A DNA stretch of 63,986 nucleotides, counting the filler, from Basidioascus undulatus (Eukaryota): assembly GCA_000826855.1 (NCBI GenBank). It is 5 parts of 5 records of this genome, joined end to end, with 100 filler letters (N's around TTAATTAATTAA, not from the genome) between each part and the next. Parts side by side here need not be neighbours in the genome. Positions count along the whole stretch, not along the records: positions 26,153 to 39,115 come from JTLS01000857.1; positions 39,216 to 52,175 come from JTLS01000858.1; 3 more parts are not named here. The stretch is one strand, 5' to 3'. Under the pieces are notes generated by a model. It was given only the letters and a program-made list of their open reading frames with translations. It ran no database searches and was not told the DNA's origin. Shown piece by piece: positions 37,885 to 50,755 of the stretch (its first letter is position 1; every line of letters begins with the position of its first letter). The position numbers and the translations under genes are program-made.

Positions 37885-38097
37885 TTTGGTGAAAGTGTAG
37901 TGGTGAACGCGGTCGTGGATCTTGGGCGAGTGCGAGGTTGAGCGAGCGACGCGCCTGAGGCTATCGGCCGTAAGCGCTACTATGGTCTGAAAGCGATCTA
38001 CTAGCCATGCCCGGGGCGACCCTTGCTCTCCGCCACCACCATTCCTCCCACATCCTTCCTCACACAAAGCATACAGGCATCTCACACCAACAATCTC

Positions 38098-39115
38098 ATG
38101 GTCTACGGATCCCAAATAGTCCGGTCCCGCGCGTCCCGCGCGTCCACGTGCTCCGAACCCCGCAGCAGCAGCGGCGGGCGGCACGTCCTCTGTGCGCCCG
38201 AGCTAGCGGACGACGGGACGCCCCTGTGCGGGTGCGGCGGCAAGGCCGCCCAGCTCACGAGCCACACGGCAAGCAACCCCGAGCGCGACTTTTGGGCGTG
38301 CAGGAAGAAGAGGGACGATCCGAAGCGGTGCAAGTTCTTCTGTGTGTCCCCCCCTTCCGAGCCCCACCATCTTCCGCTTCTCGCTGGCTGATGGTAGGAC
38401 GGATAACCAGGCTGGGCAGATGAGATGCGGCAGCGCATCGACGCAGCCGTGGCCACCCATCCGTCGTCCTCCGGGTCCGCCCCGCCCTCGACGCCCTCCG
38501 CCTCCGCCTCCGCCTCCGGAGGACGCACGCTCGGCTCCGCCCATTCCGCGCGCGCCCCTCCCTCCTCCTCCGCCCCAAAACGCCGCCGAATACCTGTCGA
38601 GGAAGACGGCGGCTCCCCTTCCGAGGAGATCGCTGACTTCCATCCCCCTCCCTCCGCTGGCAAGCGCCGCATGATCGAGGAGGATGAGGCGTACCCTTCC
38701 GACCCGATTCGCTCGCCGTCGCCCGAGGCGCAGGCGGAGCCTGCAGAGCAAGGCCGCAAACGCTTCCGCTTCTCGCAGCCGCCGTCGTCGCCTGCGGTTG
38801 AGTTGCAGGGCGGATGGAAGGTGTTTGGTTCGCAAGAGCCGGAGACGCCTTCGAAGGGGAAGGGGAAGGAAAAGGACGGCGCGCTGCCTACTCCGCCGGC
38901 GAGTGGAAAGGGCAAGTCGCAATGGGAGAAGATCAGGGACGATCCCGTGCGTCCTATCGCTTCCCGTTCCACTCTTCTCTTCCTCTGCGCTCATCCTGTC
39001 CGCCTCCCAGAACAACCCCTACCACGCCCGCGCCGCCGCGCTCGCGTCCGCATCCGCCACACCCACCTTCTCCTTCCCCACTTTCGCCGCCCCCCCCTCC
39101 TCCTCACTTCTGATC
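38098..39115 (+). CDS. GRF-type zinc-finger protein (3' truncated by contig end)
   Basis: PLCGCGGKAAQLTSHTASNPERDFWAC..KRCKFF|LW matches the zf-GRF pattern. A disordered region runs on to the gap. Confidence 0.75.
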
Positions 39116-39215
39116 NNNNNNNNNNNNNNNNNNNNNNNNNNNNNNNNNNNNNNNNNNNNTTAATTAATTAANNNNNNNNNNNNNNNNNNNNNNNNNNNNN
39201 NNNNNNNNNNNNNNN
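39116..39215. other. Artificial contig-joining linker
   Basis: N44-TTAATTAATTAA-N44. Confidence 0.97.
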
Positions 39216-39830
39216 TCTCCAGAATGCATCGAGCTGAACATGCCGCCTCCGACACGCTCGACCTTGTACCCCGCCGACCAGACGACGAGGTGGCCGTTGT
39301 CGACCTGGGTTGTCAAGTTCGGTTCAATGGAAGCCAGTCCGATTTATCGAAGGACACGCACGCACAATCCACTCTTCGCCCTGACGTAAGTCGCGCTTGA
39401 TGATCGCCCCGAGGGATTGGATGAACGCGATGCCATGGCCCTGCAGGTGGGCAACAAATGAACCCTCTCCGGAGACTGCCCAAAGACGTGACATATGTCA
39501 GCCCAAAGCGCAAAACGAATGAGCAGATCTTACAAAACGCCTTCCCAAGCCCTTGGCTCTTTGAAGAGCGCTGAACCCCGGGAGTGTGAGCCAAGAACGC
39601 ATCCTTCCCCGTCATCCAGGTTGTGCGCCCGTCCAGAGGTAGCCGGTATAATGTCCACCCACACTTCCGGGGCCAGGAGCACCTGCACGAGGCCGTCAGC
39701 GTGAGCGAGGTAACCCAGATTGAAAGGGAAAACCGCTGCTACACTTACTTCGCCCGGACCCGTGCACGTGCTCTCGGACATCTCGCCGCCCGCGATGAGC
39801 TTTTTGAAGCTGAGCTTCATCTGGCCGGCG
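39216..39830 (-). pseudogene. AIM24: AIM24 (DUF124)-family fragment, apparently 5'-truncated and diverged
   Basis: MKLSFKKLIAGGEMSEST.TGPGE|VLLAPE; GKDAFLA..KSQG..KA; SGEG..QSLGAII; VDNGHLVVWS..YKVERVGGGMFSSMHSG. No N-terminal exons are visible upstream. Confidence 0.65.
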
Positions 39831-41042
39831 TGGTATGGTAGGTACGAGCTAGGTCAGTTTATTCTCGCTAAATAATCCGGAAACCATCTTGTCCCCCCCG
39901 GATGAACGACAGTTCGGCATTAAGAGTGATTGAGTTCCAGCAGTCGTCATTGCCGCATCGGGATGTTTCTTCAAACCATATGCTAGTATGCTGACAGGAC
40001 TAATCAACACCCTCGAGTTTAAGCCCCCTGGTTATTTTCTGGGGGGAATGAGGGCGGAGAGGGGCATCAAAGGTGGGTAAGTGAACGTTTCTGCTTGCAA
40101 GACGGGCCGAAAATAGACCACGAAGGACCAGATACACCTCACGGCACTAAATAGTTCTGAAATATACCACTTTCTGTACCTCAAACTGCTCTGAGAGAAC
40201 GTTGGGAAGCCTGCCGTTGACGCGCACCCACTCCTACCAGGCACTCAGCACTATTCACAATTCTTGCCTGACCTTTCACCTTTACCTCAACACCATTTCG
40301 AAACATTTTCCGAGATAATTAAGATTAATCTTCGGCTTATCCACCAATGCACGGTAATTACCTAATAATCAGAGCATGACCCTCTTGTCGGGGTGCGAGT
40401 CTACCAGTCTGCGCGTTGAGTGCCGTCGCAAAAGTGCCGGTGGAGTTGTATCACAAAGTTACACCTTGTAGGCTGCCGCCAGAAAGCTTTTCGTGTTCTA
40501 GGCCTGAAATAGTCAGAAACCCGCGAGTGCGAGGGGCTCTGTGTTGCACGGCCGTCACCCGCGACTGGGAAGTGGCAGTTTTGGCGGTTCCTGCCCACCT
40601 TTGCTCATCATCGGTGAGAGAAGAGTCCAGAAATTTGGGAAGCATTAATGAAATTTATTTAGAGGTCCCAAAGGCACTCTGATCTGACGGTTACCCAAGG
40701 TCATCCGGTGATAGGCGTCCAACTGGCCCGTCGACGCGGCCGGCGCGGCTTGACAGGCCTCGCCACAGCATTCCGACGAAAACTCCAGCGTCTTCGCATC
40801 CTCTCCTCCTCACCAAGACCCGGGCTGCTCGTGCCGAACTGGCCGACCAAAGCGAACAGGCCCATCTCCGAGATTCTCATGGACTCTCTGGGAGTGCTAG
40901 CGTGAATTGGCATGGAGCTGGAGATATAAGGTGCCTCGCTGCCGCTGGAGAAGGTCCTCATCCTCAACAGCAACTCCTCCCGCATTCGGATACTACATCT
41001 CAACAACTTCTATTCTCTTTGAGAACCCCACTTCACCCCAAC

Positions 41043-41529
41043 ATGATCCCTACCCACCCCCGCTTCGCCACTGCTTCTTTCGGACCCCACCGTCCGCCGC
41101 AGAAGGGCTTCAAGATAAGGTATGCTGTACGTCGTCTGTTTACCTTTCTCTACAGGAACTTCCACACTGACTTTAGTTATATTCAACCCCTCAAGCCCAG
41201 GATGTACCTTGAGGTGTGTCTTTCATCCTTGGTCTAGCAATCTGCCGAGCCTCTCACATCGGTTTCTGCAGGTCCTTCCTCTCGTCGCAATCGTCACTTG
41301 CGTGCTTTCCCTGAGCGTCTACTACTCCGTGCGAGGATTCAGGACCAACGACGTGGTGGTCTACCGGACAGTGAGTATACTATCAGCATAATCCTCATGA
41401 CGAAGGGTTCCTCTGACAAGATCCCGTCACCCCTCTGTGCAGAACTCGCCCTTCCCCTGGCAAAAGACGCCCACGAAGCAACTCACTCTCGAACAGGCCC
41501 TTGCGGCTGATCAGGTGTGGTGGAAATGA
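41043..41529 (+). CDS. Small NDUFA4/MLRQ-like mitochondrial membrane protein, four exons
   Basis: ..YLE|VLPLVAIVTCVLSLSVYYSVRGFRTNDVVVYRT|NSPFPWQ..* fits the E-x-x-PL / single TM / DV / N-x-x-PW pattern of this family. Confidence 0.6.
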
Positions 41530-41573
41530 GCTCTGACTCCCCCTTGTTTCCTTTAGTCTTGGGTTTACGACTA

Positions 41574-42120
41574 TCCCCGGTCGGAGATGGTGGCCATCTC
41601 GTCGGCAACGTAGGTGATACTGAACGCGGCAACTGCTGCAGAGACCATTCTCCTCACCCTCCTTGCCACCTCTCTGTCTTGCAGGAGTTCAGCCGCCGTG
41701 CATTACAGCACTACGTGACCAATGGACCCCTTCTGAACCGCGCCGAGGGTGCTGATCAGCGACGGGTCACCGAGCTTCGCGTGTGCGACCCGTCTGCCTC
41801 CTCCTGCAAGCGCACGCACCACATGGAGGTACCGGATCGGACTTCTGCCCTTCGAGTCCAGGGAGGCATACTGAGGCAGGGACTGGCCCCTCCCTGCTCC
41901 AAGATCGAGGATTACTCGTGAACCACCCCGACCCGCTGCCTCTGAGTATATGACGCGCTTGAGCTCGGCACACACGGCCTCCGCCCTACCGATGGCGAGG
42001 AGGTCACCCTCCTCGCCCGCTGCGGACTGAAGCACCGCAAGGCAGGCGGCTGCGTCGTTTTCCAGTGTCTTGTCGGGCCTGTGGAACACCTCGAGCACCT
42101 CCACGCTGGGTCTCTCCTTG
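41574..42120 (-). pseudogene. Decayed intronless SAM-methyltransferase ORF with an upstream RxDKxxxN motif; probable endogenous viral capping-enzyme fragment
   Basis: RPDKTLEN at 42080-42057, then LKRVIY, VILDLGAGRGQS (41906-41886), an in-frame TAA at 41705-41703 and AAVAAFSITYV at ~41630-41607. Confidence 0.55.
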
Positions 42121-42762
42121 TGTAGATCTTGATAATGACTGTGACGCAGAGACTGGCTTTTCTGTCGCATTGTTTGAGGCAATGCTAGCTTCACCTGTTT
42201 GAAAGATCATGGTTTTCGACCTTTAGTACCTTTTGCCTTTATGGAGCCTGGGCTGTCCCCGCATAGAAGGCCTTAACCTTTCATGTGAAGCGGGTCGACC
42301 GACAAACGTTGTCTTTCCAGCCGACCTTGTTTTCCAAGGTATGCACGCTTAACCCACCCGTTTCTGGTTGTTTTTTGGGAGGTCGAACTCAGTTCAACCC
42401 CCATCTTCTGTTGACCAGACACGCCGGCACACTTTCATTGAGCGGGCAGCAACGGCAGCAACGGGCAAGAAGACTGCGTTCTCTTTGTGAGCGTACGCGT
42501 GCGAGAGCTGCGCAGGCCACTGCGGTTTTCCGGATGCATGTTCTCGAAAGACGTAAACAGTTTGAGTACGTATCTAATAATTTCCGCATATTTTAACAGC
42601 CTCGATAACATTGCACGGAGGACTGGACAGTGACAAGCTCCCTCCGTGGGTGACAACGCTTTCAATCCATCGTTGACTGAACACGCGGTTAGCGTCGCCC
42701 ACGCTCAGCAGGGCATTCACAACAAGTGACATAAAGAGTCACCGTACAAAGCGACAATAAAT

Positions 42763-45700
42763 CTAAGCCTTTTTCTTTTCCTGCACGTCCACGTCGGTAC
42801 TTCCCCCTTGCCGAGCCGGCTGTGTATCCGCCGGGTTCTCCTCCACGCCCACCTTAGAGTCCGCGTGTGCGCCCGCGCCTCCGCTACCCAATTCGCCAAC
42901 AGCAGGGACCGCTTCGTCTGCAGCTTCCGCGGGGGACGCCGCTTCGCTCCTTTCTGCCGGCGTCCGGCCGGACTTGAACGTGTTCGTTTTGAGGCTGTAC
43001 TTGCGCAGCAGCAACGTGCACTGTACAGAATTGAGTGAGCTCGTGCTCCATTGTACATGCGGGGAGGATGCACGCACGAGGAAGCCGACGGCCACCAGCG
43101 GAGTGATGACAAGCCAGATGGCTATGATGAAACACAGTCTCAGTGCCCGCAGAGAGTAGTGGGGATAATAAAGTAGACACGTACTGCTGATGCTCTTCGC
43201 GTACGCGTCAGCGACCTCTCCCCGCACCGCCTTCGGCAAGTGTTTGATGGCTTCGACGCTGGCAGCCCCGCCCTCCCCGCCGGAGGGCAGTTGGACATCG
43301 CGCAGGCGCTGCTTGAGCTCTGCGCACCATCGTCAGCAAATCTTTCAACCGTCGCCTTCAGGAGGACTCACGGGTGTTGAGAATGACTCCACCAACAGAG
43401 ATGGCTACCGTGCCTGCGAGCGAGCGTATCAAGACGAAGGCTGAAGTCGAGGTCGCCATGTCGGCCAATGGCATTGCCTGTCGATCCAGAAATGTGAGCA
43501 GACGCAGAAAGTCAGATTCAGCGCGCGGTACGAAACGTACAGCCTGCAAAGCAATCAGCGGGACCTGGAAGAGACCTCCTGTCCCCAGGGCGGCGACGAG
43601 CAGGTAAAGCACCTGCTTCGCTCGATTCGAGTGCGCGTCCAAGCTCGACATCAAGCCTGCAGATATTGGGCATTTAGACAGATGAGGTAAGGAACGCAAA
43701 CGCAAAAGAAACTCACCGAAACCCACAACACTCCATAACCAACAAAACCACATTACTGGACGATATCGACCAGTACGCGCAACGATAATGCCCGATGCGA
43801 CCTGATTGAAGTTGTTGTCAGGCGTGTCCAGGCCGGTAAGCATGTTCAGAGCGTATGCGTACTGAAACGATGGAAGTGCCGAGCGAGTACGGCAGCATCT
43901 CGACACCTGATAGGGCCATGTGAGCTGGTTCCCGGGATGCAAAGCGCATTAACACACCTGCCATAGTGGCGCTGCTGCCGTTCGCAGTCTGAAAGTACAA
44001 CGGAAGACTGTGATAAGGCTTGTCAGGAGGCACTACTTTCAGACTAGACCGTGTCGCAACGTACTAGTAGGCGGCGTTAAAGAAAGCCAGACCGTGTAAG
44101 AACACGGTGATGAGGACTGCCGCTGTGGTTCGGGTCTGCACAGAGAGTCAGATTTTAGCGTAGAGGACAAGCTAAGATCAATTCAAGCGCACGTACCTTG
44201 AACAGCCGAGGGGGAATGATCGGCGAGCGCTTCGTGAAGCACTCCCACACACCGGCAACAATGATCATGACACCGCCAACACAAACAAGCGCAATCGTTG
44301 TTGGCGACTGCCACGACGCGGTCGACGCGTTTGAGAACCCGACGAGGAAGAAAACCACTCCAGCGATGATCAGGAAGCTAAGTCGTCAATGCGAATCACG
44401 TTCTGGTCAGCGCAGAACAATACGGCGGAGGGATTCTTCGAGTACGCACAGGCCGATGAAGTCGAACGTGTTAACGTAGTGCTTGATCGGCTTGCGAGGG
44501 ACAGGAGTAAGGTTGAGGAAGAAGAAGAGAACGGCCAGCGCAGCCCCGCCAGTGGGGAGGTTGATGAAGAAGCTAAGTCGTCAATGCGAATCACGTCCTG
44601 GTCAGCGCAGAACAATACGTTGGAGAGATCTTCGATTACGCACATCCAGCGCCAAGAGGCATGATCCGTCAGAGCGCCCTGGAGACAAAGGATGTTTAAT
44701 TGAGGCATCAAGTCCGGGCCTGAGAAAGGATACTCACGCCGACCAGCGGACCGAGCACCGAAGCGATGCCCCAGGTAGCACCGATCAGGCCCTGCGATTG
44801 GCGACGGTCAGCAAAAGTGTCCGTGCCTGTCAATGGGTATGCAGTACGCACTCCGTACTTCCCGCGATCTTGCAAGCTCACGATATCCGAGATGACGATT
44901 TGACTGGATACGGATACTGATCAGTCACCACTCCTAGAGCATTGCGAGCGCGTTGCAAGCCGTACACCATGCCGACGATCCCCCCGCCGCCCAGTCTATC
45001 GACCACACCGGTGTCAGCTACGCAAAAGTCGCGCCAGTCTACAGACTGACGCTTACCCTTGAACGCCTCGACAAAGGATAAGCCATATCATGCTCTGTCC
45101 CGGGGCGATCATGAGCACTGGCAGTCCGGTGTCAAGGAAGGCGCAGAGGAGGCGGACCTGTGCTGCCCCACACAGCGCTGACCCGAGCAGGAATACTGCG
45201 ATCGACCCGAACAATATCGGCTGTTCTCCATGCGACGATTAGAGAGTCATCTCAAGGGACGTCTGAACTGGTGGATTCATACTTTTCGCCCGAGCATGTC
45301 GGCTGGAAAGTGACGAAGGCTTTAGCAGGTACACCGGCTTATCATGGCTGAAAGCGAAACATACAAAGTTTTCCATACTGCACTCCGCCACGCCAGTTAG
45401 CCGTGCGGAACACCAAGAAGGGCATCTGGAAAATGGAGAATACGCACTAGCGGTACGAGCGCCGTGGACATTAGCAGGTCTGAGGGTCCCATAGGACGAG
45501 ATTACGCATAGGTCAGCAACGAAGGCGTGAGTACTTGCTGTTAGAAGGAATCGCACAAGCCACGCCAATCCACGAATATGAGCTGCAATTCCAGTCAGCC
45601 TGACTTCGAGGGGTGCGGCAAGAAGACGCGTTACCTTTCTGACCCACCCAACTCGGACGTGATTGTAGGCAGCGACGTCGCGACAATGGTTTGGTCCAGC

Positions 45701-46037
45701 GCGGACAGGAAGACCGTCAACATAAGCCTGTAGCTGTTGTGAGCTCCCAGACTTGTCTCAGGTCATGAGCGTTGGCAACGCACCCGCAGAAGACGACCGC
45801 CAGTTTATTATGCGGCAACTCCACAGCCTCCTCCTCCTTCCTCCATGCTGCCCTGACCTTCTTTCCCTTCTCCCTAGACGCCTGCGCACCCTCAACCTCT
45901 CCCTCGTGATCTCCGCCTTTCGTGCTCGACTTTCCCAGCCCGAGCTCCGGATCGGGCTCCTGCACGCCTTCGGGTCGAGGCTCGGACGGAACGAGCGTCG
46001 AGGGTGATTCCGAGCCACGCATATCCGCTGCTGCCAT
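42763..46037 (-). CDS. MFS drug:H+ antiporter, DHA2 (14-TM) family, multi-exon with micro-exons
   Basis: VFLSALDQTIVATSLPTI, ADMLGRK, FLLGSALCGAAQ, IVISDIV, SWRWI|FFINLP, PIIPPRLFK, LPLYFQ, GRYRP, PLIALQ|AAMP, IRSLAGTVAISVGG. Confidence 0.9.
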
Positions 46038-46891
46038 TAAAAGTACGCGCGTTGGAAGAGGGAGATGGTGGTGAGAAAGGGAGAAGGTGTTCGGGCGCAG
46101 TGGAAAGACCGGTGATCGCTGTCGCAGGAAGGTTTCTGTGATGAACGGCTATTCGGCACGGCCACGCGACGGATCGAACAAAGCTTCGGCCGGTGACTCG
46201 GGCCCGAGTCATCCGGAGACAAGAGTCGCGTAAACTCCTCCAGGCGCCACGTTGGCCTGCCTTCCTTTTTGCATCCCATAGATGACCGTGATCCCACTAT
46301 TCGACTAAAGGGAGTACCTTGAATCTGTATACCAAGGACATCGAGTAACTCGGACGCAGTTAGTGCAGGATATCTTGGCAGACGGACTCGGCTGGCTCAC
46401 TGCTGTCGTCTTTCAGTCTTCTCCGTCATTACGTTTGGGTCATCTCACTCAACTTTTCAGTCCAAAGAAGCAAAATAGAATTCTGATAGTCTGAATAGGA
46501 AGTGACACCTACCTGACGAGAAGTACTCGGCTTTGTGAGCTTCGTATCTTCGACATTCGTTCGGAGCACCATGCATCTGCATGGCTGTTGAACAGCACTT
46601 AAGCAAGTGTAGTTGCATCAGATCTCCCATTGCATCAAAATCTCATGCGTCCTCAATCCTCAAGCTTGAAGATGCCTCGCAGCTATAGCGACCTTCCTGC
46701 TGATCTCTTGACGCAAATCAGAGCAGTCTACTCGCACGCAGTCCGTGAAACAATACACTGAACAACGCTGTAGAGCCGAATTCAGTATGAACATTCTTCA
46801 TAAATCGACAGCGACAAGTGTGACAAAGCAAGGGAAAAAAAAACTCCGGTCACGCTCGAGCAACATCCTATCCCGATCACCACACTCAACT

Positions 46892-47620
46892 TCACCAGAC
46901 GAGCAACTCCTCAACCTCGTTCCCGCCCTCATTCTCCCTCTCGTCCCTGCAGCCATGCCCCGCTCTTTCTTTCCCTCTCCCCTTCCGGACCTCAACCCCA
47001 GCAAGCCCCGAACCTTTTCCCCTCCTCCCCACCCCGGCGCCGTCGACGGTGTGCCCGTCGTCGCTGATGCATCCCAGCGTGGCGACCCTCCTCACTGCCT
47101 CCGACACCCCTCTCGAGCTCGAGCGCTGGCGGGCGGAAGGCTGAATCGCGAGAGGAGGGATATCGGGGACCGTAGCGGCGTCGACTGCCGGTGCCGAGGT
47201 CGCTTGCGCAGCGGGGGCTGCCTCCTTACGAGGAGCGCTCGCGGGCGAGGCAGTCCGGGCAGGAGTCTCCCGGGTATCGAGGCCCGAAAGCGGAGAGGAA
47301 ATGACCTCGAACTCGCCCAAAGCCTATGGAAAGTCCTCGATCCCGGGCTCAGACGGCTCCGGCTGCTCCGCAGGCGGCTCGGGCTGCGGCGGGTGGACGA
47401 TGACAGCGCGTGGGAGATCAAGGATGGAGAGGTTCTCGAGGGAGGGAGTGTGGGAGATTGTCGGAGGGGGGCTGTAAAAGCGTGAAGAGGTGGTTTTGGT
47501 AGTGCTCGCTGGGGAGGTGGGATGGGGAGGAGATGGCGGGGGAGCTCGGGAAGATAGCCGAGGAGGGAGAGGTCGGGGATGATGGGGATGAAAGAAGATG
47601 CTGTGCTTCATCAATGCGGT
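46892..47620 (-). pseudogene. Low-complexity hypothetical ORF interrupted by an in-frame TAG
   Basis: ORFs 47324-47758 and 46892-47320 are in the same frame (..GIEDFP*ALGEFEV..). Pro/Ser/Ala-rich with no recognisable domain. Confidence 0.3.
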
Positions 47621-49019
47621 AGGGTTCGAGCGGGAGGGACGCTTCGTTGGGCGAGGCAGGCGAGGGCGGGGCAGCGGACGTGATCGCAGACTCAGGGTCA
47701 CGCTGCGTGCTGTGGGACGCAAGCGAACCACGCGCAGGCCAAGGCCATAGACGGCCACGGGGTCGGCCTAAGCTCTGTGCGGATGGGAAGGGGATATCCG
47801 AGTGCGGCAGCCCGGAAGGCGACTGGGGCCGACGCGGTTCGCCGTGCGGCTGCGCCGACACAGGGAGGTTGTCGAACTGGGGGAGCAGTCTTAGGCGCTA
47901 TTGGGAGGGCACGTTCCGACCCGGATTCTAAGTACGGACAACAACTATGAAATGTATGTGTATAAACGCACCAGAACATCCGCCGCCCTTCCCAAAGTCG
48001 CAAGCACCCGTCTGTCGACATCCCCGCGCAGCCGATGACCATCGACATACGCGACCAAGGCCTCCCCCAGCCTCTCCACGTCTCCACCGCACCCAGCACA
48101 CCCTCATCTACCCTCCAATACTCCTCCCATAAAAGCGTCTCCAGCACCTCGGCGACGTGGGCCGCCCCTCTCCGCGCTGAAGCAGCGCCTCGAGCGCGCG
48201 CGCGCACAGCGCCGCGAACGTCTGGCGGTCGGGTGGAGAGAGGTCCGCCCCGTACGCGGCCGCGTAGGCTCGACGTGCATCGGCGATGGAGGAGAGAGGG
48301 CTAAGAGAGAGCCCGGAGCGGACGGACTGCGAGCGCGTGAGGGTGAGAGAGGAGGACGTTGCGGCTGTGCGTAGTGACTCGAGCGCCGCGGTGCCGGTGC
48401 TGGCTAGCAGGCGCTGGTGCCCGGTAAGAGCGGGGCACCGATTCTGTGGAAATTCAAGATTATACCGCTGCGTGTTGCTCATAAAGGTATAGAAGGAGTA
48501 CAGTGTTGAGAATGCAGCTCATTGTCTGCCTGAGACGCAACAACTGGCGGGACCACTGAACACTTGCGTAAGCTTGGATTTCTGCGTGTAATATTCTACG
48601 TCGGGGTAAAGAAGCATACCTAGAGGGTCAAGTCGCTTCGATGAGAGCTGTGTAGTAGCGAGAAGGTGAAGGCCAAGGTCAAGATCAATCCGCTCTTGGG
48701 AGATAGTGCCACCAGCTGGGCTTTTGGGCCCGCTGCGTTCGAACTGCGTCCTCGCTTTTTCAGTCGTCAAGCATCCGTTCAGTTTATATGGCAGCCAGGG
48801 TTGGGCATGCACAAACCTCACCTTATTTCCAGATGGGATAGTGTCGGCAGATTGTACTACAGCGCATTGAATAGCGCACGAGGGACTGTGGGCGGCTGCC
48901 GACGCCGCTCCACTCGAAGGAGCGCAGCAGGTCCATCTCGTCCAACAAAGCGCACAGCTCTGCAGGCCCACCGACGTCAACCGCCTACCTATACAAAGAA
49001 GCGGAGACGGAACTCACGC

Positions 49020-49372
49020 ATGAAGATGTCCCTCGGTGTTGCCCACTGCGTTTCGACCTGCGGGTCGTTCGCCAGAGTCGGGCCCTCGGCCTCGACGTCC
49101 GTCTGTTCGCACAAATAGACCGTGATGTCCCTCACAGCAGCGCCCAGTTCCTCCGTCCGTTAACGAATGTGCTTTGAGAAGACACGGTCGAGCTCTTGGT
49201 AATGGGCGGTCGAAAGCGAGGGGCCTTCGAAGAGGCGTGCGAAGGCCGCATCGCGCATGCGCTTCGCAGCGCTTCGGGGGGCGACGCCGAGCCAAGCTTT
49301 GAGACCGCCGGGCTCAGCGGATTTGGCGATGTGGTGCCAGATGTCGAAATGGAGGGTGTCGGGGATGGGCAT
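49020..49372 (-). pseudogene. F-box-like gene fragment
   Basis: MPIPDTLHFDIWHHIAKSAEPGGLKAWLGV..MRDAAFARLF shows an F-box-like pattern. The frame breaks after ~70 aa. Confidence 0.45.
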
Positions 49373-50755
49373 ATTGAGTTCGATAATGGTTTGGTGAACA
49401 GTGAGAGGAGTGGGAGTGGGGAGTGGGGAGTGGGGGGGTGAGAGAGGTTGGATGGGAGAGGGAGATAAGACGCGTCCAATGCTCAGCGATCTAGATTGCA
49501 GCGCCGCGTTCACGCGTCCACCTGCATGGAGGTCTGCAGCTCTGGATACTGGCCAATAGCCCATTCTTCTCCAAATGTTCTGAAGTACACGCGTGCGTAT
49601 CTGCTTGTGCCATTGTCCACTTGAAGAAGAGAGGACTTCGAAACACGTTGGCCGAAATTGGCCACCGTTTGAATAGTAGCTTAACCAGCATTTTCACGTA
49701 TACGTTGGCTGGGAGGAAGGGAAGCATGTACAGATGCGGCGGGCAGAGCTCGGTAGACGACGGGGCAATGACCACTGGTTCTTCGACATGGCTGAAAGCA
49801 ACCAGCATGGAACGCCATCGTCCTCCTCAGGCGGATTGGTTGACCATCACCCAAGAACTTCCAAAAAATCACAGCCGGGACATGATAGGTATTTGCATCT
49901 TGCTTTGGATTTTTCCGCAGTAGAGAGAGAGAGACCTGGGATCACTGCCACTGACGAGGATCTGCCGGGTAGGCTTCTGTGCGAGAGGAAAGAAGTGATG
50001 TGTATACCAAAGGTTGAGGGCATCAAGTTATTTTGTAGTATCCAAGCCACCGTGCAGAGCCAGGACAGAGACGTGCAGGCCCCCCATCCCCTCTCCGAGT
50101 CCCTTCCGAACACAAGGACAGCGACTGCACAAGACTGCACACGCTTTTGCAGGGCCCAGAGGTTGTTCTTTGTGCAACAACAGGGCAGCATGCTGAAGGT
50201 TGCTCATCTGGTGCGTCACTTAATCTGCGGCAAATGGCTCGTGTAGGACGGGCTGCGTTTGCGGAAACGTTGCTGTCACAGCGGGTAGGAAGGACTCGAA
50301 GAGGTGGGCCATTAGTGGGATGAGGATGCTTTGGAGACCACGCGTGGACATATTAATGCAGTTGTATTAAGTTGTACGAAGATGGAGCGCGCGAGGCCCC
50401 TAAGGCAGTTATGAAGCAGTGTGTGATCGTTGCCAGGAAGCACCGACGAATCCATCCCACTCATTGCCAAGCCACATCAACTCCGAGGCGAGAGGTTGTT
50501 CTTTTGCGAGTCCCAGGAGATAGAGACAGCGTAGCGCTACTGTACAAGCAAGGGGATTCAAGAGGCAAGGAAAGCGAAGGAGAAAAGAAAGGGGGCGAAA
50601 AGCGAAGTTCACCAGCGATGAGACCAAGTGCGATACCGACCGGCGTGGAGAAGGGTAGATGGAGGGGCAATGAGGGAGAAGCCAGTGCGTGCAGTGGGAG
50701 GTCCAGTGGACGCAAGAAAGGGGAAAGCGAAGAAAAGCGGTCGACGCCCATCGAA

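Noticed and set aside
47960..48300. Coding-like minus-strand fragment (..EVLETLLWEEYW..STDGCLRLWEG)
   Set aside because: Frameshifted and unassignable. Probably more gene debris, but not supportable as a named feature.
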